64,000 nucleotides of DNA from Candidatus Eiseniibacteriota bacterium. GTDB taxonomy: Bacteria > Eisenbacteria > RBG-16-71-46 > SZUA-252. The stretch lies in NCBI GenBank assembly GCA_963703225.1, contig OY969801.1, positions 832,001 through 896,000 of the forward strand. The letters are read 5' to 3'. Positions 20,869 through 31,150 of the stretch are shown here, one piece after another. The number at the start of each line of letters is the position of its first letter. The stretch's first letter is position 1. A program made the position numbers and the translations under genes. The notes beneath the pieces are model-generated. The model did no database searches. It saw only the letters and a program-made list of their open reading frames with translations, and was not told where the DNA came from.

Positions 20869-22423
20869 CGCGAAACGGCGTCTCGCTCTCGGCGGGCGCC
20901 AAGATATGATCCAAATTCTCGATCGACGCCGTACCCACAACCGCCTCCACGCGCAGCCACCGCGCCGGCGAATAGATCGCCGCACCGCTCACGCGCGTCT
21001 CCTGCTCCGCCACGCCCTGAAAGGCTGAAGCATCCACTTCGCCGTCCGAGGGCTTCCAGGGATCGCTGACCTGGCCTTCACCCTTCTTTCGATATTCGCC
21101 GCGCACCTGAAACTCCCAATTCGCGCCCCACTCCAGCGCGACCTCGCCGGCGAGTAACTCGACGTCCGGGCCGAGAACAAACCCTGTGGGGAAGCCGTCG
21201 AACGAGAAATCGTGGTCGTGCCAGGCCGAGTAGACGTAATTGTGGACGCGGGAGTACTCGGCCGATACGCCGAGCGCGCCGCGTCCAGCCAATTCCCGCC
21301 GCCACTCGCCGCCTGCCTGGTACCCGATCATGTCGGGCTTGTAGTCGCTGCTGAACGAGTAGTCGTCCATGAGGAACTCGCCGTAGACGCGCCAGCCGGG
21401 GCGGACAACCCACGAGGCGTCGGCCGCCCAGAGCACGTTGTTCTTGGCGAAGAGGGCGCCGGTCGAGTCGCCGGGCAAGGAACCGGCGCTCTTCGGTCGC
21501 TTTTCCCAGAACGAATAGGGCACAAAGGGAATCAAATAGAGAGGTGCCTGGCTCGTGCCGTCGAACCGGGCCAGCTCCGTGGCTCCCACGGTGAGCCCGC
21601 CGCGCGCCTGCCACTCCAGCCGGTGTCCGGCCAAATAGGTCTCTTGGCCAGGGTCGAGCATCGCGACGAGCTGGTTGTAGCGGAACCGCCGAAACATGCC
21701 CAGCTCCACCCTCAGCATGTCGAGCGCGGGCGCGGCGTCGGAGAGCGCGAGCGTTCCGCTTTCGCCCGGTCCCCATCGCAGCCACGTGTGCCCGAAAAGG
21801 AACCGAAGGCGCGAGATGGGGAACTCGACGTAGGCCTCGTTCACGTACGAATTGAAGTCGACTCCTTGTACCAGCGAGTTGAAGTCGCCGAAGTCGGGAG
21901 TCCCACGTCCGCCCTGGGACGCCGTCCCCTCGTAGAGATCCACGACAAAGACGCCCGACGAGTCGAGCGCACCCGCCATGGAAGCGCCGACTCGATAGTC
22001 GCGGTTGATGTCGGGATTGTTCCGGGGATCGTCGGAGTAGAGGAGCGACACGTACGGCGAAATCTCGAGCCGCTCCCCATTGTCCTCGGCGTCACCGTCG
22101 CCTTTGGCCGAGATCAGCGGCCGCGTCGCGCCCTTCGCCTCTGGATCCAAATACCGCGCCGCGCGTTGAAACGCCGGATCGTCAGCGGCGCCCTCCCGCT
22201 CTTCGGCCAATCCGCGCAGGAACGCCAGCGCCTCCGCGCGCCGCAGCGGCCGGCTCGACAGGAATCGAGGCGCGACGCCGAACCGCGTGGCCAGTCTCTC
22301 GAGGTCGCGATAGACGGGGCTGTCGGTGGGGATCCGCTCTTGGGGCAAATAGGTCGCGCGGGCCGCGCCGGTGGCAACGAGAAGCGCGCTACCGACGATG
22401 ATCGCGACACAGAAGCGCTTCAT
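20846..22423 (-). CDS. Capsule assembly Wzi-family outer-membrane protein
   Basis: Signal peptide; LRWGPGESGTLALSDAAP, YLAGHRLEW, YGEFLMDD motifs; C-terminal aromatic residue. Confidence 0.8.
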   Translation of the reverse strand: MKRFCVAIIVGSALLVATGAARATYLPQERIPTDSPVYRDLERLATRFGVAPRFLSSRPLRRAEALAFLRGLAEEREGAADDPAFQRAARYLDPEAKGATRPLISAKGDGDAEDNGERLEISPYVSLLYSDDPRNNPDINRDYRVGASMAGALDSSGVFVVDLYEGTASQGGRGTPDFGDFNSLVQGVDFNSYVNEAYVEFPISRLRFLFGHTWLRWGPGESGTLALSDAAPALDMLRVELGMFRRFRYNQLVAMLDPGQETYLAGHRLEWQARGGLTVGATELARFDGTSQAPLYLIPFVPYSFWEKRPKSAGSLPGDSTGALFAKNNVLWAADASWVVRPGWRVYGEFLMDDYSFSSDYKPDMIGYQAGGEWRRELAGRGALGVSAEYSRVHNYVYSAWHDHDFSFDGFPTGFVLGPDVELLAGEVALEWGANWEFQVRGEYRKKGEGQVSDPWKPSDGEVDASAFQGVAEQETRVSGAAIYSPARWLRVEAVVGTASIENLDHILAPAESETPFRVSGKVAW

Positions 22424-22493
22424 CGCGGCGCAGGATAGCGGCTTCCTGTCGCGGAGTCCATCGTTGACCCCGACTTCCGAGCGTCGCTACTGC

Positions 22494-22841
22494 TTAGCCC
22501 AGCAGGCCTGAACTCACGAGGAGCCGCTGCGACCAAACGCCGGCTTCTTCCGCGACGCCGGTTAGGTCATCGGGCGAGGATGGGGGATGGGAGAGTCGAA
22601 TCGTCCACGAGCGGACTCGCTCGCCAAGCCGGGAGAGCTCCAACGCGAGATCAGAGTCTCTCGGCACGGCCGTGTGCTGAATAAACATCTCTGTTTCCTC
22701 GATGAGTCCGCGGACAATTTCGCGATGATCGGGATTCGATGAGAAGGAGCGAATCCGCGCGAGGTTGGCCGCGATACCTCCAACTTGCATGTCGAGGCGA
22801 TCGCTCAAGTACCGGTTCAGCCTTTCGGTCGAATTCTTCAT
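22494..22841 (-). CDS. Small helical hypothetical protein, partner of DUF5674
   Basis: 115 aa MKNSTERLNRYLSD...GGIAANLARIRSFS...WSQRLLVSSGLLG; ATGA overlap with the DUF5674 stop. Confidence 0.75.
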   Translation of the reverse strand: MKNSTERLNRYLSDRLDMQVGGIAANLARIRSFSSNPDHREIVRGLIEETEMFIQHTAVPRDSDLALELSRLGERVRSWTIRLSHPPSSPDDLTGVAEEAGVWSQRLLVSSGLLG

Positions 22842-23176
22842 ATCCCGCCTAGTATGCGCCTGGTAACCTTGTCGACGCGCGCCCGGATCGCGGCGCTTTG
22901 AATCTCGACTGACGGGTTTGCTTGGCGCGGCCTGATGTTTATCAGGGAGTGGTACCTGACTTCCTGGGTCGAAGGCACCCAATCAGCACCCCAAATGTCT
23001 TCTTGGTTGCTGCCGGCCTTGAGCAAGGCCGCCTCGCAGTCGGCATGCATGATGCCCCCACCCGCGACAACCTCTCGCCGAATGTCGACCGCTACCTTGA
23101 CATAGTCCTCGAGCGCATGGAGCATCTCGTCGAGTTGTTGCCGTGTGGGTTGAGCGCGCAGCACATGCACCGTCAC
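22838..23176 (-). CDS. DUF5674 family protein
   Basis: YVKVAVDIRREVVAGGGIMHADCEAALL..GS.QEDIWGADW, SLINIRPRQAN.S.EIQ; GTG start 2 nt after the CHAD gene stop. Confidence 0.85.
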   Translation of the reverse strand: MTVHVLRAQPTRQQLDEMLHALEDYVKVAVDIRREVVAGGGIMHADCEAALLKAGSNQEDIWGADWVPSTQEVRYHSLINIRPRQANPSVEIQSAAIRARVDKVTRRILGGI

Positions 23177-23178
23177 CC

Positions 23179-24706
23179 CTACTCCCCCGTCGCCCGCTCC
23201 CAAGCCAGCCGCAAGTCTCCGCGCTTGATCCGCGCCGCGCGCTCGAGATGCCCGAGCGCGCTGCCGGTTCCCATCACCAGCTCCCGGTCCTTCTTGGGCA
23301 CGCTGCCGGCGTACTTTCTCATTCGCCGCCAGAGCGCCACCGCGTCGCGGTGGTCTCCAAGGAAGTCTTGCAGGGTCGCGATCCGCCGGGCGCGTCGGAC
23401 CGCGCCGTGGCCCTCGATGTCCGTGAAATACTCGATCGCGTACCGCGCCTTCTTCGCCGCGATCCGAAGCGTGTGGAGGTCCTCGATCTCCATCGAGCGC
23501 TCGGCCTTCTCGTAGGCTTCGCGCATCGCGTCGTTCCATTGGGCGACGATCCGGGACGCGACCGCGTACCCTGGCATCCCCCCCTCGGCCACCGTCGAAG
23601 CTGGGGGCGGACCCGCGTCCACCCATCCGCGGGCGCGGGCGGCAAACGCTCCAAAGCGCTCCGAGTCGAGGCGCTCGACCAGTCGGCGGCGCCGCTCGGC
23701 GCGCCTCACCGAGAGCCCCTGCGCGAATATCTGGAGCGCGGGACGCTCGTGCGAGGTCCCATCGGCTATGAGCGCCGCGACGTGCGTCAGCGCGACATCC
23801 AGATCCCGCACCCGGCCGAGCGCGCGGCCGATCCAGCGAAGCTCGCCCTCCAGCTCCTCCCGGAGCGCTTGGGGGTAGCCGTCCGCGAGGACGACGAGCG
23901 CGGTCCGAAGCCGCCTGCAGGCCACCCGCATGTCGTGGACGTACGTCGGGGTCGACGCCGAGTCGCGTCCCTGGCTCGTTCCAGAAGAGCCGCCCCAAAT
24001 GGCGGCCAAAGGACTTGTGGGCTACGTCGAGGAGACGGTCGGCGTGGTTCAGCGCGAACGCGCGCTCGTCCCGCTCCGGGAGCCGCTCGCCCATCGCGGA
24101 GAGCGCGGCCGAGAGCTTGGTCTCGACCGTTTGCGCGAGGCCGAGCTGCTCCTCCACCGCGCGCCGCACCTGGCCCAGCGCCTCGTAGGCGCCGTTCTGA
24201 AGCTCGAGCTCCACCTCGCGGAACGTCGCGGGTGGCGCGCTCACGTGGTCGACCGTGAGCGAGCCGAGCAGCGTCTCCCCGCGGAGCCAGCGGAAGCACT
24301 CGCGGTCGTTTCGGACGCGGGCGCGAACCAGGAGTCTCTCGATCGCGTGGAGCCCCGCGAGCGGGTGGAGCAATCCCGCCACTGGACCGGGCTCGAGCGC
24401 GGTCCAGGGCGGATCGCCGTTGGGCGCGTCCTGGGCCCATTCCTCCCGCACCAGCGCCTTCTCGTCGGCCGACCGGAGCGATTTCGCCTCCAGCCGGAGC
24501 CGTGTCCCTTCGGAGCGTAGCCGAAGCGCGATCCCGGCGCGGAAGAGCGTCCAATTCTCGGTGTCGAGGTAGCGGTCCTCGTGGACGACGGTGCCGCTCG
24601 GCTCCAGATGAAATCCGGCCGATTCCACAGCCGCGCGCACGGTGGCGGGGTCGCGCCCCTCGGGCAATCGAAACTTGATCTCGCGCTCGATCATGGCGAT
24701 ATCCAT
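23179..24706 (-). CDS. CYTH + CHAD domain protein (polyphosphate-binding); frameshift near 23945
   Basis: ERE-I-KF, DRYLDT, LRLR, EVELEL (CYTH); VHDMRVACRRLR, LGRVRDLDV, LHTLRIAAKKARYAIE, LQDFLGDHRD (CHAD). Confidence 0.9.
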
Positions 24707-25212
24707 CACGAATCGGCGATCCGCCGGAGCGCGCCCGGCTGGAGCAGCCATTCCAGGAATCCAAGCCCCGGCGCGGGCTCGGAGGGGAATCGCAGCAACG
24801 CGGCGGCGCCCTTCCGGAATACGAGCGAAGCTGAGTGGTGCGGGCCGCAGAGGAGGTACGAGGCGAATCCGCTCAGGTGTGGCTCGTGCCCCACGACCGC
24901 GACCGACTTCACGCCGAGCGCGGCCACCGCCCCCAGCGCGTCTCCATAATCGGCGTCCGGCTTGAGGCGAGGGGTGTGCTCGATCTCCAAATGCGGCTGC
25001 ACGGCGTCGCGAAGAATCTCAGCCGTCTGGCGGGCTCGCAGGAGCGGGCTCGAGAGGATCCGGTCGGGGCGCACGTCGAGTTTTTCCAAGCCCTTCGCGG
25101 CGAGGCGGAACTTGTGAATTCCCTCAGGGGTCAGCGGGCGATCGTCGTCCCACGGGTAGGCAGGATCGCCGCGCTCGACGGCGATGGCGTGACGCACGAT
25201 ATAGAGATCCAC
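24706..25212 (-). CDS. sixA: Phosphohistidine phosphatase SixA
   Basis: LYIVRHAIA, DDDRPLTPEG, SSPLLRARQTA, VVGHEPHLS, FRKGA. Confidence 0.92.
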   Translation of the reverse strand: MDLYIVRHAIAVERGDPAYPWDDDRPLTPEGIHKFRLAAKGLEKLDVRPDRILSSPLLRARQTAEILRDAVQPHLEIEHTPRLKPDADYGDALGAVAALGVKSVAVVGHEPHLSGFASYLLCGPHHSASLVFRKGAAALLRFPSEPAPGLGFLEWLLQPGALRRIADS

Positions 25213-25355
25213 GCTTCCCCCGGGAACCGACTGGCGTAGCGAGACTTGCAGCGAGGCTGGCCCTGGCGCAGCCCTTATATTGTCTCACTCCTATGCCGGG
25301 CGGTCAACCGCAGCCCGGCTCCCTCCCTTGACGGCCCGGCCTCGGGCGAGCGAAG

Positions 25356-26925
25356 ATGGCCCTAATGGCTTCACCGACAAAGACTTCCTTTCCCATCCGC
25401 TGCGCCGGCATGGACGTCGGCTCGAACGCCCTACGGCTGGCCATCGCGGAATTCAGAAGCCCCACCGAATACGAGGTCCTCGACCGGGTGCGTGCCCCGG
25501 TCCGGCTCGGGGAGTCGGTTTTCAAGAGCCAGCGGATCGACCCGGCCACCATGGAGGCGGCGCTCGACGCGTTCCGCACGTTCCGCCGGAAGATGGAGCA
25601 GCACGGCGTGGTGGTCCATCGCGCCGTCGCGACCAGCGCGACGCGCGAGGCGAAGAACCGCGCCGCGTTTCTGGAGCGGGTCCGGAGCGAGACCGGTCTC
25701 GATCTCGAGCTGATCCAGGGGACAGAGGAGGCGCGGCTCGTCGCGCTGGGCGTGAAGAGCCGCCTCTCCTTGGAGCGCGGGCTCTCGATGATCCTTGACG
25801 TGGGGGGCGGGTCGAGCGAGATCGCGCTCGTCGGGCACGGAGAGATCCTGATCGTGGAGTCGCACGACGTGGGCGGGGTGCGGCTCCTCGAGCGGGCCGG
25901 CAAAGGACCGCCCGAGAAACTGTTCAAGCTGATCCAGGCCACCCTGCGCTCGTCGCGGTTTCCGATCCTCGACTACTTCAAGCGCCGGCGGCTGAATCGG
26001 CTGATCGGAACGGGCGGAAACATCGAAACGCTCGCGCTCCTGACCTCGGCCAATGGACACGCCCGCGCGAACGGGGACGAGCGTCCGGTGGCCAAGGTCA
26101 CGCTCCCCCGGCTTCGGAAATTCCTCCATCAGCTCACCAAGCTCTCGCCCGCCGAGCGGGCGTCCCGCTTCGACCTCCGTCCGGATCGCGCCGACGTGAT
26201 CGTGCCGGCGGGGGCGATCTTCGAGTACGTGGCCACGCGGGTGCGCGCCCGCGAGATCTGGGTGCCGTTCGTGGGGCTCGTGGACGGGGTGCTGATCGAC
26301 GTGGCGCAGGCCGCGGGCACGGAGGGAATGAAGCAACTCGAGGTTTCCCAGACGCGAAACGCGGCGGTCGCGATCATGCACAAGTACGACCCCGAGCCAA
26401 GGCACGCGCAGCGGGTGAGCGCGCTCGCGGTGTCGCTCTTCGACCAGCTGAAGCCGATGCACGGGATGGGGAAGCGCGACCGGCTCCTGTTGGAGCTGGC
26501 GGCGCTCCTCCACGAGGTGGGGAACTTCATCGGACCGAACGGCCACCATCGCCACTCGCTCTACATCATCGCGCAGACCCCGATCCTCGGGCTGGGCGAC
26601 GACGAGCTGATGGTGGTGGCGAACGTCGCCCGCTATCACCGGAAGGCGCCGCCCGACATGAGCCACGAGTACTACCGCGATCTCTCGGAGGGCGACCGCG
26701 AGCGGGTCCGCGCCCTCGCGGCCATCCTCCGTGTCGCCGACGCGCTCGACCATGACCACCGGCAGCAGGTGACCGCGGTGCGCGCCAAGCAGCGGGGCTC
26801 CGAGCTGAGGCTCAAGGTGAAGACCCGCGGGGACGTGACCCTGGACGAGTGGTCGGTGGGCGACAAGGGCGATCTCTTCCAGGACGAGTTCGGCCTCAAG
26901 CCCGTGGTCGCGCGCCGGTGGCTGA
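25356..26925 (+). CDS. ppx: Ppx/GppA exopolyphosphatase with C-terminal HD domain (true stop probably near 26925; ORF reads through to 27011)
   Basis: DVGSNALRL, VRLGE, AVATSATREAKN, GTEEARL, DVGGGSSE, LIGTGGN, RADVIVP, LLHEVG, VARYHRK, LRVADALD. Confidence 0.92.
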
Positions 26926-28476
26926 CGCGCTTCCGGTCATCTCGGTCATCGACGTCGGCGCGAGCGGGATCCGCATGCTCCTCGCCGAGCTTCGCCCGGG
27001 CGGCGAGTTGAAGACGCTGGAGCAGCTCGAGCGGCCGCTCGCGCTGGGACGCGAGACGTTTCGCACCGGGACGCTCTCGGCGGGGAGCATCCAGAAGGCG
27101 GTGAACGTGCTCCGCCAGTACCGCGCGCTGATGGACACCTACGGCGTGACCCACACGCGCGCGGTCGCGACGAGCGCGGTGCGCGCGGCGCTGAACCGCG
27201 ACACGTTCGTCGACCGCGTCTTCCTGGCCACCGGGATCGAGATCGAGGTGATCGAGGGATCGCAGGAGACGCTGCTCACCTTCGCCGCGGTCCAGCGGGC
27301 TCTGGGAGAGCATCCGGAGGTGGGGGCGGGCGAATCGCTGATGTTCGAGCTGGGCGGCGGCGCGACCGAGTGGGCGTTGATGCGAGACGGCGAGGTGGTC
27401 GCGTCGGTGACCCACGACCTGGGCACCGTCAGGATGCGGGAGCTGCTCCGCACCGGCGAAACGGAGCGCCGCGCCAAGACGCGGCTCATCCAGCACAACG
27501 TACGCGAGATGATGAACGCGATCCGGCGCGCGCTCCCGTTCAAGGAGGTCTCGAACCTGATCGCGGTGGGCTCGGAGGCGCGCTTCGCGGCCCGCGCGCT
27601 GGCCGACCCCGAGAAGAAGAACGGCTCGGAGAACGACACCTTGGGCGCGGTGAGCGCGAAAGACTTGAAGAAGCTGGCCGACCAGATCCTTCCGATGACG
27701 CCCGATCAGGTCGCCTCCCAGTTCGGAGTGGCCGCGGGAGAGGCCGAGTCGCTGGCGCCGGCGCTCCTCGCCTACGCGGAGCTGATCCGGCTCAATCAGG
27801 TGGAGCGCCTCCTCGTCCCGCGGGTCAGCATGCGGGACGGGCTCGTGCTCCAGATGGCCAAGTCGATCCAGAGCGGCTCGAGCGTCTTCTTCCCGGAGCA
27901 GACGATCGCCGCGGCGATCAATCTCGCGCGGAAATATCAGGCCGACGAGAAGCACGGGACCGCCACCGCCGCGCTCGGCCGGAGTCGATCTTTGAGGCGA
28001 CGCGGGCGCAGCACCGGATGGGTGAGCGCGAGCTTCTGCTCCTGGAAGTGGCGTCGATCGTCCACGACATCGGCGGTTTCGTCGCGGCGCGCGGCCATCA
28101 CCGCCACGCCTACTATCTCCTGACCAATTCGGAAATCTTCGGGCTCTCCGGCGTCGATCTGGAAATCGTCGCGAACCTCGCGCGCTACCACCGTCGGGGC
28201 GGCCCGCAGTCGGATCATCCCGCGTACGCGTCGCTCCCGCGCCCGGCGCGGCTCACCGTGAATCGCCTCTCCGCCATCCTCCGCGTCGCCGACGCGCTCG
28301 ACAAGGGGCACAACCAGCGCATCCGCGACCCCAAGATCAGCGTGGTGGGCGATGAGCTTCGGATCGAGGTCGAGGGGGCGGAGGACCTCGCGCTCGAGCG
28401 TTTGGCGCTCGACCAGAAGGGGGGTCTCTTCGAGGAGGTCTTCGGCCTCAAACCGGTCCTGGTCGAGGTCGCGTGA
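26918..28476 (+). CDS. Second Ppx/GppA-family protein with altered motifs; frameshift near 27980
   Basis: DVGASGIRM, AVATSAVRAA.N, GSQETLL, ELGGGATE, IVHDIG, LARYHRR, LRVADALD across ORFs 26849..28123 and 27370..28476. Confidence 0.88.
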
Positions 28477-30577
28477 GCGAGCCGCGATTTCTCAATCGGT
28501 CCCTCACCTGGCTCGGATTCAACGGGAGGGTGCTGGAAGAGGCACAGGACGATTCGAACCCGGTGCTCGAGCGGGCGCGCTTTCTTGGCATCTTCGCCTC
28601 GAACCTCGACGAGTTCTTCATGATCCGGGTGGCCGGGATCCGCGAGCTGGTCCGCGCCGGCGTGGAGCACCAGGAGCCCGACGGGAGCACGCCCGCGGAG
28701 CTTCTCTGACCAAGATCGCCGTCAAGGCGCGCGAGCTGGGCGCGGCGGCGGCTGCGCTCTACGCGAAGCGAGATCGCCCCGGCGCTCCGTGAAGGGGGCG
28801 TTCGCTTTCGTCACCCCGGTCGGACCTCGAGCCGCGGGAGCGCGCCTTTCTCGACCGGCTCTTCGCGTCGGAGATCTTTCCCGGTCCTGACCCCGGCCGC
28901 GATCGATCCGGCCCTGCCGTTTCCGCACGTGACGAACCTCGCTCTCTATCTGGCCGTCCGTCTGGAGCGAAACGGCGATGATTCGAAGCTCGCCATCGTC
29001 CAGCTTCCCCGCACCGCCGCGCGGTGGATCCAGGTGGCGGGTAAGGACGAGGTCCGCTTCGTGCTTCTGGAGGAGGTGGTTCGGGAGCGGATCGGCGAGC
29101 TGTTCGAGGGGCACGCGGTGGCCGAGGCGGTCGCGTTTCGGGTGACGCGGGACGCCGACTTCGCGACCGACGATCAGGAGGCCGAGGATCTGGTCGACGC
29201 GGTCCGTCAGGTTCTGCGAGAGCCGGCTGCGGGGCGATCCGGTCCGGCTGGAGGTGGAGGAGGGCGCGAGCGCGGGGCTGGTGGATCGGCTCGCGGGAGC
29301 GCTGGGGCTGACCGAGGACGAGGTCTATCGGTTGCCCGCGCCCGCTCGATCTCAAATTTCTCACCGACTTCGCCCGGCATCCCGTCGCTTCCGGCGCCGC
29401 GCGCGACCCCGTGGCCGCCCCAGCCGCGGCCCGACATTCCGCCGGGGGACGCGATCTGGGAGCGCGATCGCCGAGCGGGACATCCTTCTCTTTCACCCGT
29501 ACGAGAGCTTCGAGCCGGTACTCCGGATCGCTCCGCCTCGCGGCGGAGGACCCCGCGGTGTTGGCGATCAAGCAGACGCTCTACCGGACTTCGTCCGGGT
29601 CGGAGGTCGTGCGCGCGCTGGAGCGGGCGGCGGAGAACGGGAAGCAGGTGACGGTGCTGGTCGAGCTTCAGGCGCGCTTCGACGAGGAGCGGAACGTGAC
29701 CTGGGCCCGGCGACTCGAAGACGCGGGGGCGCAGGTCCTCTACGGGCTCGCGGGGCTGAAGACCCACGCCAAAGCGCTCCTGATCGTGCGGCGCGGTGCC
29801 GGCGGGATCGAGCGGTACGCCCACGTCGGCACGGGGAATTACAACGAGCGGACGGTGCTCGATTACTCCGATTTGAGTCTCTTGACCGCCGACGAGGACC
29901 TCTGCGTCGATCTGACGGCCTTCTTCAACGTCGTGACCGGCTACTCCGAGCCGCTCCCCTGGAGGCGGATCGCGATGGCCCCGCTGGGTCTCAGGCAGCG
30001 CCTCCTCGGCCTGATCCGGCGCGAGGTGGAGAAGTCGACCGCCGAGGAGCCGGGGCAGATCCGTGCGAAGATGAACTCGCTCGTCGACGTCGCGCTCATC
30101 GAGGCGCTGTACGCGGCGTCCTCGGAAGGAGTAAAGATCGACCTGAACGTCCGCGGCTCCTGCCTGCTCCGTCCCGGCGTGAAGGGGATGAGCGAGAACA
30201 TCCGCGTGGTGACGATCGTCGATCGCTTTCTGGAGCACAGCCGGATCTTCGAGTTTCGAAACGGCGGGGACACCGAGGTATTCATCGGAAGCGCCGATTG
30301 GATGCCGCGAAATCTGGACCGCCGCGTGGAGCTGGTGGTGCCGATCGTGGACGTGGAGCACCGCGCCCGCCTCAGCCGGGTCCTCGACACGTTCTTTGCC
30401 GACAATGTGAAGGCGCGGGAGTTGCGACAGGACGGAACGCTGGTGAAGCGGGATGGCCGAAAGCGGGCGGTCCGAGCCCAGGAGGTTTTCTGGGAAGAAG
30501 CGCGCGAGAGGGCGGCGCGGCCGCCCGATCCGGAGCGCGCAGCGTTTCAACCGGTTCGGAGGCCGTCGCACGGGTAG
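28473..30577 (+). CDS. ppk1: Polyphosphate kinase 1 (several frameshifts between 28700 and 29540)
   Basis: FLNRSLTWLGFNGRVLEEA, SNLDEFFMIRVAG, LLFHPYESF, IKQTLYRTS, VELQARFDEERN, KTHAK, GTGNYN, DRFLEHSR, SADWMPRNLDRRVE. Confidence 0.95.
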
Positions 30578-30601
30578 CGGTCCGAGCCAAGGAGGGCGAA
30601 C

Positions 30602-31150
30602 ATGGCTACCTTTGTCCAGCGGATGATCGGGGCCGCCAGGCTGAACCCGGCGACCTACGAAGAGGTCGAGGCCGACAAGTCCGCCACGGGGCAGGCGACC
30701 GTGGTGGTCGTTCTCTCCGCGATCGCGGCCGGCATCGGCTCGATCGACGCGGGCGCCCGCGGCGTGGTGGTCACCATCGTGGCCGCGCTCCTCGGATGGG
30801 TCATCTGGGCGTTTCTGACCTGGCTCATCGGGACCAAGTTTCTCGCCGAACCCGAAACCAAGGCCGACATGGGGGAGCTCCTCCGCACCATCGGCTTCGG
30901 GTCGTCCCCGGGACTCATCCGGGTCTTCGGCGCCCTGCCCTTTGTCGGCGGCCTCTTTCTGATCGCGGCGTGGATCTGGATGCTCGTTTCGACGGTGGTG
31001 GCGGTGCGGCAGGCGCTCGACTACAAGAGCACGGGGAAGGCGATTCTGGTCTGCGCGATCGGTTGGTTCGTCTACGTCCTCTTCTTCATCTCGGTCGTCT
31101 CGCTGCTCGGGATCGCGATCATTGGGATCGGGGGCACGGTCGCCAGCTAG
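30602..31150 (+). CDS. YIP1-family membrane protein
   Basis: RMIGAARL.PATYEEVEAD..AT.QA, LLRTIGF..SPG, VVAVRQALDY; about five TM segments; AAGGAGG RBS. Confidence 0.78.
   Translation: MATFVQRMIGAARLNPATYEEVEADKSATGQATVVVVLSAIAAGIGSIDAGARGVVVTIVAALLGWVIWAFLTWLIGTKFLAEPETKADMGELLRTIGFGSSPGLIRVFGALPFVGGLFLIAAWIWMLVSTVVAVRQALDYKSTGKAILVCAIGWFVYVLFFISVVSLLGIAIIGIGGTVAS

Noticed and set aside
18081..20938. Wzi 3-prime duplication as attL/attR of an integrative element carrying chrB
   Set aside because: The copies are substantially diverged, no integrase or transposase is present, and the adjacent acetyltransferase tail is better explained by cluster replacement. Not fully excluded.
22838..24751. 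Apparent 637 aa CYTH-DUF5674 fusion in the ORF track
   Set aside because: Artefact of the indel near 23945: the middle is off-frame junk, CHAD lies in another frame with its own stop at 23179, and DUF5674 has its own GTG start.
28473..30577. ppk1 and other split genes as pseudogenes or programmed frameshifts
   Set aside because: All catalytic motifs are intact across frames, and the indels are scattered without consistent slippery sites; sequencing error is more likely.
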